A DNA stretch of 63,668 bases, filler included, from Hyphochytrium catenoides (taxonomy: Eukaryota; Protista; Hyphochytriomycota), in NCBI GenBank assembly GCA_900088475.1. It is 21 parts of 21 records of this genome, joined end to end, with 100 filler letters (N's around TTAATTAATTAA, not from the genome) between each part and the next. Parts side by side here need not be neighbours in the genome. Positions count along the whole stretch, not along the records: positions 5,521 to 13,715 come from FLMG01004555.1; positions 13,816 to 16,046 come from FLMG01001661.1; positions 16,147 to 17,204 come from FLMG01004474.1; positions 17,305 to 22,988 come from FLMG01004058.1; positions 23,089 to 25,117 come from FLMG01002188.1; 16 more parts are not named here. One strand, given 5' to 3'. How positions within the stretch are numbered: position 1 is the stretch's first letter; each line of letters opens with the position of its first letter. Both the position numbers and the translations under genes were made by a program. The notes below the pieces were generated by a model that was not told the origin of the DNA, did not search any database, and saw only the letters and a program-made list of their open reading frames with translations. Positions 12,509 to 23,639 of the stretch are shown here, piece after piece.

Positions 12509-13657
12509 CTACGTATGGTGACCAGGAGGTGAGAAAGAGGAGGAGAAAGAAGAAGGTCTTCTTGGTCCCATTGGTGCAGGATATGCAGGTGGACGAGGCT
12601 GGGAAGAAAAAGGAGCAGCAGCTGCGGCCGCTGGTCCTCTTCCTCGCCCTGCAGCTCCACCAGCAGCTTGTCCTCCTCCTCCCGTGGAGATGTGTTCTAT
12701 CGTCGTGCTGAGGATCTCAACACTGCTCTGAAGAGCGGCATCTTGAAGGTTTTGCAGCAGTGTATCGGTAAAGTCTCCTCCGGCCCCAGCACCAGCAGAA
12801 TAAGTATCCTGCTCTTCTCCCAGTGAAGAGATAGAGCTCAAGACAGCGCCAGAGAGAGAGTGAACAAGCCCACCGACAATCTGTCTTCCCAGCTCTCCTT
12901 CTGCGGCCCCAGGCTGGCCGCCGCCGCCGCTTCCTCTGGGTGCAGGAGCTCCACAGGGTTGAGGAAAAGGAGCAACAGGCCCGTGGAAGGCTCCTTGAGG
13001 AAGTCTTCTCTGCTGCTGTTGCTGTTGCTGCTGCTGCTGCTGCTGGTGTTGCTGCTGCTCTCCGGGCATCGGTTGGAAGAGCTTGCCAAAGAACCTGGCC
13101 AAGTACTGGGTGTCTTGCCCTACTGCTGGTTGCTTTTGAGAGACCCCTTGCTGTTGGGGCAGTGGAGGATGGTAGCTCTCACGGCGCTGTCCCTGCCATT
13201 GCTGAGCCACGGGAGCCGGAGAGTGGGGAGGTAGCTGTTGTAAGGGTGGACGGGGACCTGGAGGCTGAGGACGGGGTGGCTGAGGCCGGGGAAGCTGAGC
13301 GTAATGACTAGAAAAAGGGGACGTGGGATAAGCAACTACGTGCGGCTGTTGTTGGGGCTGCAGCTGCTGCCACTGCTGCCACTGCCACTGCTGTTGGTCA
13401 TTGGTTCTCTGAGACTGAGAATGAGAATGACCAGCCATTGCTGCGGGATAGCGCGGGTCATTAGCAGCGATAATTTGTTGTGCTCTTGCGGCTCCAAGGC
13501 TTTCTTGTTCTGCTTCTTGCTGCCGCTGCCACTCATGATAACGTTGCCAATGCTGGTAGCTATCCTGCCACTGCTGCTGAGCAAGCCCTCCTCCTCCTCC
13601 CGGCTGTGGACGATAAGGAGCCTGTTGAAGGTGCTGAGAAGGCCCTTGAGAGATCAA
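12509..13657 (-). CDS. Gln/Pro/Gly-rich low-complexity protein (at least 382 aa; 5' end probably in the gap)
   Basis: Long open frame with polyQ and WQ/YQ-rich segments; no recognisable folded domain. Confidence 0.55.
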   Translation of the reverse strand: MISQGPSQHLQQAPYRPQPGGGGGLAQQQWQDSYQHWQRYHEWQRQQEAEQESLGAARAQQIIAANDPRYPAAMAGHSHSQSQRTNDQQQWQWQQWQQLQPQQQPHVVAYPTSPFSSHYAQLPRPQPPRPQPPGPRPPLQQLPPHSPAPVAQQWQGQRRESYHPPLPQQQGVSQKQPAVGQDTQYLARFFGKLFQPMPGEQQQHQQQQQQQQQQQQRRLPQGAFHGPVAPFPQPCGAPAPRGSGGGGQPGAAEGELGRQIVGGLVHSLSGAVLSSISSLGEEQDTYSAGAGAGGDFTDTLLQNLQDAALQSSVEILSTTIEHISTGGGGQAAGGAAGRGRGPAAAAAAPFSSQPRPPAYPAPMGPRRPSSFSSSFSPPGHHT

Positions 13658-14017
13658 TGCAGGCCGACCGCCGGCATTGTTAAGAAGCGTCTGGTTTGCG
13701 GGAGCACCTGCCGCANNNNNNNNNNNNNNNNNNNNNNNNNNNNNNNNNNNNNNNNNNNNTTAATTAATTAANNNNNNNNNNNNNNNNNNNNNNNNNNNNN
13801 NNNNNNNNNNNNNNNATAGCCTTGACTAAGAGTCTATTAGGTGACACGCAAAATTAAGGTTCATGCTGGTAGAGAGGAGAGGGTTAGTTTTACTTTTCAA
13901 CCATGGTAAGCACTAATAAGCACCGCCACTTTCATAAACTGCAAGAGAGGTAGAAGAGAGATGACACTAGACGAAAAAGAAATAACGAGTGAGAGGTTAC
14001 TCCACACACAAAGAACC

Positions 14018-14777
14018 CTAAGCTGTAAGCAATATTCCAGCCGCAAGGAGGAAGAGAGCAGAAGAGCAGGCATAGCAATGAGGAGTTATATAACAAACAT
14101 CATCCGGCCCTATCGGAAGGTAGATCCAACGCTCCTGACGAGGTCCTATAAACCAGGATCCGCAAGTAAGGCAGCGATAGACTGGTCCATCCTCCCCTAC
14201 GTCGAATTGCACTTTATCCTCACCAATTACTACGCTTAGGGAACTCATTAACCGATAGAGATACTCAATAGCAGCCTGTTGTTTACGCTGCTCTATTGGA
14301 AGGTTTGATAGTGTCAAAGACTTTAGCGCGCCATACCTGTCGCCATTTAGAGTTTGTTTTGTCAGCCAGGTGACAGTCAAATTGCATTTTGTATCCTCAT
14401 GAGCGATGACCAACAGATGCTTACCTTGGCAAATCAGGAGGAATTTCTATGGCGCGGACGCGGAAACTCCTGCCTCCTTTGTAGTGGGTCTTGCCACAAT
14501 TTAGTCGGTGAGCACCTTCCCGTAGCTTCCCTAAAAATTCCACAATGGCCTTGACTGGTTCCCTATATGTAGAAATGTCTAAACCCGATGGTGCTCCGTC
14601 GCTGTCACTCCCTTCAGTATCACTGCTATCCATGAAGTGACGCAGCTCAAACAAGTTAACACATGCTAGAGCCTGGAATAGGCTGATCACATAACAATCT
14701 GTAGAGTTGTGATTGTTGACACCCACAGGAGGACCGAGGGCATGAGCAGGCAAGTCGTCACATCCCCTTTCTACCAT
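14018..14777 (-). pseudogene. USP/peptidase C19-like deubiquitinase domain, disrupted
   Basis: Cys-box-like PPVGVNNHNSTDCYVISLFQALA. After a break near 14420 come QQAAIEYL (resembling QQDAxEFL) and a CLTC zinc pair. The His box was not recognised. Confidence 0.6.
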
Positions 14778-14835
14778 TGTAGAAATGATTCAACTTGTTA
14801 TGTGTACTTCGGGTGCGTTATCCAGAATGTCCGTC

Positions 14836-15150
14836 CTCCTCCGGTGCTCCGGTTTTCCGTTCTCCGGTGCTCCGGTTTTCCGTTCTCCGGTACTCCGCTT
14901 CTCCGTTCTGCGGTTCCCCGGTTCTCCGTTCTCCGGTACTCCGGTTCCCCGGTTCTCCGTTCTCCAGTACTCCGGTTCTCCGTTCTCCGGTTCCCCGGTT
15001 CTCCGTTCTCCGGTCCTCCGGTTCTCCGTTCTCCAGTTCTCCGGTTCTCCGGTTCTCCGTTCTCCCGTTTTCCGCTCTCCGGTTCTCCGCTTATCCGTTC
15101 TCCGGTGTTCCGGTTTTCCGGGTGTTCTGGTTCTCCGGTTCTCCGCTTTT
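14836..15150. repeat. Minisatellite of alternating CTCCGTT / CTCCGGTT units
   Basis: Directly visible array of about 40 units of 7-8 bp; the same unit recurs at 15732-15790. Confidence 0.95.
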
Positions 15151-16146
15151 TTATCAATTCTCCAGCTCGGTTATCTGTTGTCTCGATCTCTGGTCCACGT
15201 TCTCCAGTCACCGCCGGTCCCCGTTCTTAGTCTTAAGTTCCCGTCTCCGTTATCCTACGCTTCTCTGGTCTTCGTTCTCTGTTCTCTCGAGTCTTCACAT
15301 TTGGTTCTCTGTTCTCCGGCGGTATCTCTGTTCTCAGTTATCTGCTATCTGCTTCACCTTCGTCCTCAGTTAACCCTAACCCTCCAATCTCGAGCCTCGA
15401 TGCCGACATCGGCGGCCACTCAAGTTAAGTCTGCACTTATGCTCATTGGCACCCTTTCTCCATCCCCTTTGACCCTGAACCGCTTGATCACAGCGCGTTC
15501 CGTTACCTTCCTGTCACTTTCTTACAAGGTGACGTCTCCGAAGAAAGGCAACAGTGGTAGCTGTCTTCGTATCACTTCCAGTGACCGTTACTTCTCCGAG
15601 ACATTTGGGTCTTGGTTTGTAACCACTTCCTAATTCTCTGTAAGCAAAATTGGCACAGAAATGTGAAAATGGGGATAGCGTTGTCAATATTAAGTCTTCA
15701 GTCAAGTGAAAAACACTAAAGTCCGGGAAAGCGCCGTTCTCCGCCGTTCTCCGCCGTTCTCCGTTTTGGTGGAAACGGAGAACGGAGAATACTTCACGCA
15801 AGCAACTGATGTGTGACCACTGGCATTGTAAAGCAACCGCCTTTCGTCTTTGTTTATATAAACAAGCATTGTAGCGTACGACTGTAGTGGTAGTTCGAAC
15901 TTGCACTTATGACAACGGTCGTTTTCCCTATCATAAATCGGCGCGGAGTAAGCGTACTTCGCTAGTACTTGTACTGGAGTAACCGTACTTGATTGCTGCC
16001 CTTCCTTTTCCTCCCGCTTTATCTCTCTCTCTCTCTCCCTCTCTCTNNNNNNNNNNNNNNNNNNNNNNNNNNNNNNNNNNNNNNNNNNNNTTAATTAATT
16101 AANNNNNNNNNNNNNNNNNNNNNNNNNNNNNNNNNNNNNNNNNNNN

Positions 16147-16182
<36 letters not shown>

Positions 16183-16442
16183 TCTACTTCTGTTCCCTCC
16201 TCTCTCTCCTCGGCTCACCCTACTATCCCCTTCTTGCTGTCAAAGAGAAGAGAGGACAGGTAAAAAGAGAGAGAAGAAGAACACGAAGAAGAGGAGAAGG
16301 TTTTCAACAGCGGAGGGAAGAAGATGATCATAGCTCAAGGGTGCGTCCAGCGGCCGCAGGGATGAAGAAAAACGTGCACAGAAGAGATCTGCCGCACGCC
16401 GCCTCGTCGTCGTAGATACTCAAAAGGAAACAGTGGAGGCGC

Positions 16443-16475
<33 letters not shown>

Positions 16476-16693
16476 AGAGAGAAAAGTGGGAGCCCAGAGG
16501 AGAGAGAGAGAAGAGCGAAGAGAAAGAGAATAGAACTTCTCGCGCGGCCTTTGTCCTCAGCGAAAAAGCGAGATCAGCAGGGAAGCTTTCTTCGTCTTGG
16601 TCTCTATGCTGTCTTTTCGCTCTTGTCTTCCTCCTCTTTCTCCTTTCTTCTCTCTCTGTCTTTTTCTTTCTTTCTGTCTCTCTATACTCTCTC

Positions 16694-16726
<33 letters not shown>

Positions 16727-17350
16727 GTCTCTCTGTCTCTCTGTCTCTCTCTCTCTCNNNNNNNNNNNNNNNNNNNNNNNNNNNNNNNNNNNNNNNNNCT
16801 CTCTCTCTCACTCTCTCTCTTGTAGTACCTTTTGTCTCCCTGAGTTTTTGCCTCTTTTTTATAATCGTTACCCGTGTACTGATTCAGGATATGAGACCAG
16901 AATTCTGCCATGGCACTGTAGCTTACTGTACGTTTGGTAGCGGATTCCCGATACAGTCTATCTCATCCTTGATATTCATTGCGAGTTGCTGTTCCGACGT
17001 AACAAACAGAGGTGGTACAAGGTCCACAAACAGAAGAGGACTGACAAAAAGGTAAGGCGGAAAGGATGGGTGGGGCTCCAGCTGCCTCCTACAACAACTT
17101 CCTTTCTGTCTCAATGAGTATTAGGCGGGTAGGCTGATGAGATAGGAGGATGTGTGGGTGGGCATTCAAAGACCTAAGAACTGACCTAAGCCCACCCTCC
17201 CACCNNNNNNNNNNNNNNNNNNNNNNNNNNNNNNNNNNNNNNNNNNNNTTAATTAATTAANNNNNNNNNNNNNNNNNNNNNNNNNNNNNNNNNNNNNNNN
17301 NNNNTCTCTCTCTTACTCTCTCTCTCTCTCTCTCTCTCTGTGCTTCGCAG

Positions 17351-17591
17351 GCTTTAAGCTCTCTGCGGTCTCTTCTTGAGGAGTTCGAGTGTTTAACTCA
17401 CGCTCCGTCGTGTCTCTCTCTCGAGGATCTTCAGCTCTTTCTCTTCTCTTTCTCAGCCCGAGACCCGAACATATTATCCCGATCATGCATGGTGGTCAGT
17501 AGTGTTGAGGATATGTCTCTCTTCTCTCGTTTCTCCCTCCCTTCCTTTCTCCCTCCGTCTCTCATCTCAGTCTCTCTGTCCCGTCCCTCTG

Positions 17592-17631
<40 letters not shown>

Positions 17632-18040
17632 GCTTTTTTTTTCTCCCCGATCACTCCCTCGCTCTTGCCCGCCTCTCACGTCTCCCTTTCATCCTTTATT
17701 GGTCGTCTAGAAGTCTTCTTCCCTAAATATCGCGCCTTCCTCTCAGCCCTCTCTCTCTTCTTTCGCCGTCTCTTTCTGTACCGGTGATTAGTGCTTCTCC
17801 TACGCGTCCTCTCTCGTTTTTTCCTCTCTCTCCCTCTCTCTCTCTCTCTCTCTCCTCTGTTCAACCCCTTCCCGCTTCTCTTTCACCCCAATATCTGGGG
17901 CATCAATGCGTCCCTCTCGTACACTAACTGACTCTCTTCTTCCGATTTCCCGCTCTTTCTCTCTCTCCCTCTCCCTCTTTCTCTATCTCTCCCTCTCTCT
18001 TTCTCTCCTCTTTCTCTCCTTCCTTACTCTCTCTCTCTCG

Positions 18041-18072
<32 letters not shown>

Positions 18073-18406
18073 GCTCTAACAGCCGGGGCTATACTTGGAA
18101 GAGAAGGTACTCGGCCTGTTTGACTTTTGTCCCTTTCTGGAGAGCTCTCTCTCCGCGCACGGCGTCCCTGAGATCCTAATAAAGACACAAGAAGTGGGAC
18201 AGTTTATTGGCTACGCCGTGAAGGTGAGAGAAGAGATGAAGAGGAGCGCGTGCGAGAGAGAGAGAAAGAGAACAATAAGGAGGAAAAGCGAGAGGGAGAG
18301 AGAGAAAGAAAGAGAAAGAGCAGAGACAGAGAGAAGGATATTTTACCGTTGTCTTTCTTTTGCCTCTCCACCCTAAGAATTTGACATCCCAATGGCACCC
18401 TCCCTC

Positions 18407-18441
<35 letters not shown>

Positions 18442-19525
18442 TTCTCTCTCGGTCTCTCTCTCGGTCTCACTTTCTCTTTCTTGTTATCTGTCCTTCTCTC
18501 ACTCTCTTCAAACCTTCTCGTCTCTCAAAACCTCTGTTCTCTTTCTAACTGTGGATCTCTGTAGCCTGTCTACGATCTCCTTCGACTTCCTCTCCTGAAC
18601 CGCTCGAGACAGCGGCAGCGACTTGTTTCAATGTTTGATGACTGGGCCCTATTGCAGGGAGAGGTAAGGGAGAGAAAGAGAGAGAGAGAGACAAAGACAG
18701 AGTGCTATCTCCCTTCTATCAAGTTTCTCTTCTTCATTCCGTCTTTCTCGTCCGCCTCTCTTCTCTCTCTCTCTCTCTCTCTCCCTCTCCATCCTTCTCT
18801 ATCTCTCTATCCTTCTCTCTCTCTCTATCCATCTCTCTCTCTCCCTCTCTCGCTCTCTTTCATTCTCTTCTCCTCTCTCTCTCTTGCTCTCCTTGGTAGA
18901 TTGCGAGTTTCTTGTCTTTTTTTTGCAGTTCGTGCACTTTCTTGCAAAGACAAAATGCCTCTTTGCTTTGCCGGCATCTCTTTCTCTCCCTCTTTCTCTC
19001 TTCTTTTTCTTTTTCTAATGCTCTTTTTCCTCCGGTGACATTATCCCACTCAGCTGCGCACTCACTCTCTCTCTCTCTCTCTCTCTCTGACATTTGATAT
19101 TAGGCGGAGAGCATTGACAACGCCTTTCTCTCCGAACTTCAAGTGGAGGTGCGGGTCTCTCTCTTTCTTCCTCTATCAATGATCTCATATACTTCTTTGT
19201 ATACTCGCAGCATTCTACTCTTGGCTCCGCTTCGACTCTTTCCTCTTTTCTTCCCCCGTCCGCTGCTTTCGCACCTCTCTCTGGCGTTCCTCTGTGTCTC
19301 TCTCTCTTTCTTTCTCTCTCTCTTCCGTCAATATCTCTCTTCTGTGAGGTGGCTTTCCTTTTAAATATGTCCAGACGAGTCTCCGCTTTTTCTTTCTAGA
19401 CGCCTACCTAGCTTGATCTCTCTCTGTCAAGCCTCAGTTCTCCATTTGTCGCTTCTCTCTGTCCTCGCTCAGTTTCTTGCCCTTCCTCTAGTTTCTCTCT
19501 CGCGCTTTCTCCCCTCGCTACCTCC

Positions 19526-19565
<40 letters not shown>

Positions 19566-19660
19566 TTCTATCTCTCTTGCTTTCTCTCTCCCGCACTATC
19601 CTCTTCCCTTTTCCTCTCTCTTCCTCACTCTCTCTCTTTCTCTTCTCTTTCTCTCTCTCT

Positions 19661-19695
<35 letters not shown>

Positions 19696-20690
19696 TCCCC
19701 CTCTCTCTCTCTCCCTAACATTCTTTCCCTCTTTTTGTGGCACTCTTCTCAGGCGAATGAGATGTCTCGTTATCTGAGTGTCTGGGTCCTGCAGCAGGTG
19801 ACCCGCTGTCTCTCCCACTATCTCCTCCTCGGCATCGAGCTAGAGCTCTTCGGAGATATAGAATTAGACTATATTTTATGGTAAGCTTGAGAGACAGAGC
19901 GAGAAATAGAGAGACAGCAATAAAAGAAGGAGAGAGAGCGCGATTGAGAAAGAGAGAGAGCAGTAGACATCAGAGTGATAGGTTATAGAGAGAAAGGACG
20001 TAGACTCAGAGGTGACAACAGAGAAAAGGGAGCGAGAGAGAGGGAGAGAGAGCTTTGAAAAAAAGAGAGAGAAACAAGGAAGAAATACCTCAGACGAGGG
20101 GAAGAGAAAACCGCACGCTAAAAGAATCGGGGGGGAAGCTTACAAAAGAGAGAGAACGGGTAAAAGGCCCAGTTGCTCGGATCTGACTCTCTTTTTTATT
20201 TTCCCTTGTGTCTCTTTCTCTCGCTCTCTCTCTCACTCTCCACCTCTCTCTCTCTCTCTCTTGCATGACAGGTATTTGGAGTACGTAATGAGCCTGCGGG
20301 TTGGCTATCTGAAGGTTTCCATGCTTAACAGCCAGCAGAACCACATCACCATGGAGACACACACAGGAGAGAAGCTCCCAGCGCCCGATGGTCTCTCTCT
20401 GAACTCCCTCCGCTGAACTTCTCTATTTTCTCTTTCTCTCTCTCTTTCTCTCACTCCCGCAATATGTTGCTTTCCTTTTCGGGTGCTTCCGCCTCCTCCT
20501 CCACCTTGTGACCTCTGTACTCTTCCTCTCTGTTTGCCCATGTCTTTCTCTTTCTTTCCTTCTTTTTCTCTCTATATCCCTCCATCTCTTCTCTCTTTCC
20601 CTTCCTTTCTCTTTCTCCTCTTCTTCTCTTCCCTTTCTCTGTAATTCTCCCTCTCTCTTTCGTTTCTCCCTTTCTCTCTCTCTCGTTCTC

Positions 20691-20735
<45 letters not shown>

Positions 20736-21968
20736 TTCTCTCTCTCCAACCAACACTCTCTCTTCTCTCTCTCTTTTTGTACGTCTCTTGCCAATTCCAT
20801 CACGAGTTTTTCTTGTTTTCCATCCACCCTTTTTCCTTCCTCCAAAGCTCCTTCTCCCCGATTGCGGGGAGTGTCTTGCTTCTCCATTGATTTTCTCTTC
20901 CTTCTCTCTCTCTCTTCCTCTTTTCTCGGCTTCAGTGCGATATTTCGAGCAGGAGATAGCGATCGGAGAAGGGATAAAGGCGATTTGTAAGGGAGTTTTA
21001 CAGGTGACGCTTCTCTCTCTCTTCCTCTTTCTTCTGCCTGTGTCTCTTTCTGACTCTCTCTCCTTCTCAAGACTTCCTTCTCTCTCTCTTCTCCTATTTC
21101 CATAATATGTTGACCATCCCTTTTTCTCTTCGTTTATAGATTTCGTCGGCTCTTCAGTGGACATCCTCTTCCGTGTCGCCCAACCTGCCTCTTGTCTTTC
21201 GCTTTAGCCTCGTAGGGCCAGTCTTTCTTTCTTTCTCTTTCTCTCTCTCTTTCTCTCACATCTTTCTCTCTTTTTCTTTCTTTCTCTCTTCTCTCCTCTC
21301 GCTCTCGCTCTCTCTCTTTCTTCTTTTCTTTCTTACATGAACTCTCTTCTCTTTTTCTCTCTCTCTCTCTCTCTCTTCTTTTTTCTTTTCTTCTTCGCTC
21401 TTCTCTTCTCTCTCCTCTCCTTTCCAGGTGCTCATTGGCCTTCGTCCGGAGAGCCGGTACCGGCCAGCTGGGCACGGGTACGGAAACCCTAAGATAATGT
21501 TCGAGCACCGTGTCGGCCCACTGCGTGTGATCCCTAAGCCTGAAGTCCTGGAGTGGGAGAGCTTCCTTGAGACCATGAACAGAAATGACAGGATCGATGT
21601 AAGACGGACCAGTTAGAGAAAAAAGAGAGAGAGAGAGAGAGAGAGAATGAAAGTGAGAAAGAGAGAGAGATGTGTGTGTCAGATAGAAACAGAGAGAGAG
21701 AGAGAGAAAGGAAAAGCTCTTAACATCAAGAGTTAAAAGAGAAGAAAGGGCCACCCGTAAGGCAAGGTAACAAGGCTGAATGATAGAAAAGAAAGAGAGA
21801 GAAAGAAAGAAATTGAGGAGGAGAGAGAGGGAAGGGAATACGGGTTGTGACTCGGGACTAAGGAACGGGAGGCGAGAGTAAAGGAAAAAATGACAGCGAA
21901 GTCGCCCTACAGCAGAGAGCAAGATGCGCAGGATGTGTTGGTGCAGCCTATCCTGTTGACTCAATTTT

Positions 21969-22013
<45 letters not shown>

Positions 22014-22353
22014 GTCTCTCTCTACCGTCCCTCTCTTCACTGTGACATTACCTCGGGTCATTGCTTTCCCGTGCGTAATCGTCTAAATCATTATTCTCTG
22101 TGCCTGTTCTGTGTGTGTTCTGTCTTGCATCTTTCTTTCTCCGTCCCTCTTTCTCTTGCTGTTTCTCTCTCCCTTCTCTTATGTACCCCTTCTTTAGCCT
22201 TACCTGTACCTTCGAGCGGCTTTGGACTCTTTTAAAAGTGCCAAGGTTGCCTTTGAGCACTGCCTGCAAATCCCTATCCCAGACCATCTCAGAAGCAAGG
22301 AGGAAATGAAGACAATGACTAAGGTCTCTCTCTCTCGCTCTCTCTCTCTCTCG

Positions 22354-22400
<47 letters not shown>

Positions 22401-22837
22401 CCAACTGCCCGTCTTACATCGATTCTATCATTTCTGTTTCTGCTTCCCTGCCCTTTCTCTTATCTCATTTTGGTTGGGCCTTTTGAGCGTCCTCTCCTCG
22501 TGCTCCACCTTCTCTTCGCTGCTCTTGGCCCTCTAACAAATACTCTCCCGCTTGACTTGCTTTGGTTTTTCTCTATTGTCATTGTTTCTCCAGACCCTTC
22601 TCTCCTTTTCTCTTACTCTCTCTCTCTCTCTCTCTTTACTCATCTCTTGTCTTCTGTTTCTAGGTTGCGGTGACAAACTCGGTCGCTCTTCTGAAGCTCC
22701 TGCAGTCCCACAACCAGACTACCAGGAAGGAAATTAAAGACAAAGGAGAGAAGAGAGAGAAAGGAAGAAAAGAACTTCCGGTTCGCCTGGAGTACAATGT
22801 GCATAAGATTCTCCCAGTCCTGTGCGCCAAGCAGTAA
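17351..22837 (+). CDS. NAA35: NatC auxiliary subunit NAA35/MAK10, 3' part, 10 exons: 17351-17494, 18083-18223, 18565-18663, 19104-19148, 19753-19880, 20272-20390, 20936-21003, 21428-21598, 22198-22323, 22664-22837
   Basis: Spliced peptide contains PNILSRS, LNRSRQRQRL..FDDWALLQGEAESID, WVLQQ..HYLLLGIELELF..ELDYILWYL, AICKG, FEHRVGP, VAVTN and the C-terminal HKILPV, collinear with MAK10. Intron phases are consistent; the gene ends in TAA. Confidence 0.9.
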
Positions 22838-22940
22838 CGGCGATGAGAGGAAAGAGAGAGAGACACGACACAGAGAGAGAGAGAATACATCAGGACAGGA
22901 AGCTGACAATACTTTGTTCTGGCCGTCGCGCTTTTTTTCT

Positions 22941-22974
<34 letters not shown>

Positions 22975-23088
22975 CCGCACTCTCTATTNNNNNNNNNNNN
23001 NNNNNNNNNNNNNNNNNNNNNNNNNNNNNNNNTTAATTAATTAANNNNNNNNNNNNNNNNNNNNNNNNNNNNNNNNNNNNNNNNNNNN

Positions 23089-23639
23089 CGTTATTGACTC
23101 AAGCAGCTGGATCTTGTCGCGATGCTTAACGTTATGGCCTTGGTCCTTCTCTTTTTTGTCCCCATTCTTCTCTGTTTTTGATGAAGCTTCGTGACGTTGT
23201 CTACTTGAGTCCGCTTCCTCTATCTTCTTTCCGAAGAAGACTGCTGGCTCTGTTGGTGTCCATCTTCACCAGCGATTAGGTGCTCCTCTCTTCCTGCTTT
23301 GTGCTCAAGGTTAGGATGCCCTCGATGTGCTGAAGATAGCGCAGTCGGTGGCTTCTCCGTGTGACCGCGAATAGCCCAGCACGCCCACCCCAGGATGGTG
23401 GAAGTGGAGTTGTCAACGGCCTTCAGCACTGTGTAACGTCCGGAGTCGTTTTGAAGCCAGGAAGAAAGAGGCTCCGCCATTATCTCTGAAGAGGCAGAAG
23501 AATAGTCCTTGCCCAGTAATTTCACCTGCGTGTGACGATCTGTTGCGAACGCCTCAGAAAATATAGCGACTAGTGAGGTGAGGTCAGTGAGCGTAGCTCG
23601 CTGAAGCGTGATAGGGATAGGAGGAGTTGAAGTCATCAT
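23089..23639 (-). CDS. GNAT N-acetyltransferase, N-terminal half, intronless; reading frame broken near 23220
   Basis: ITLQRATLTDLTSLVAIFSEAF...VLKAVD...ILGWACW matches the GNAT N-terminal pattern. The acetyl-CoA motif A would lie beyond the contig edge. Confidence 0.6.

Noticed and set aside
14709-15633. ORFs with SPVLRF repeats
   Set aside because: They are translations of the CTCCG(G)TT minisatellite, open in several frames on both strands.
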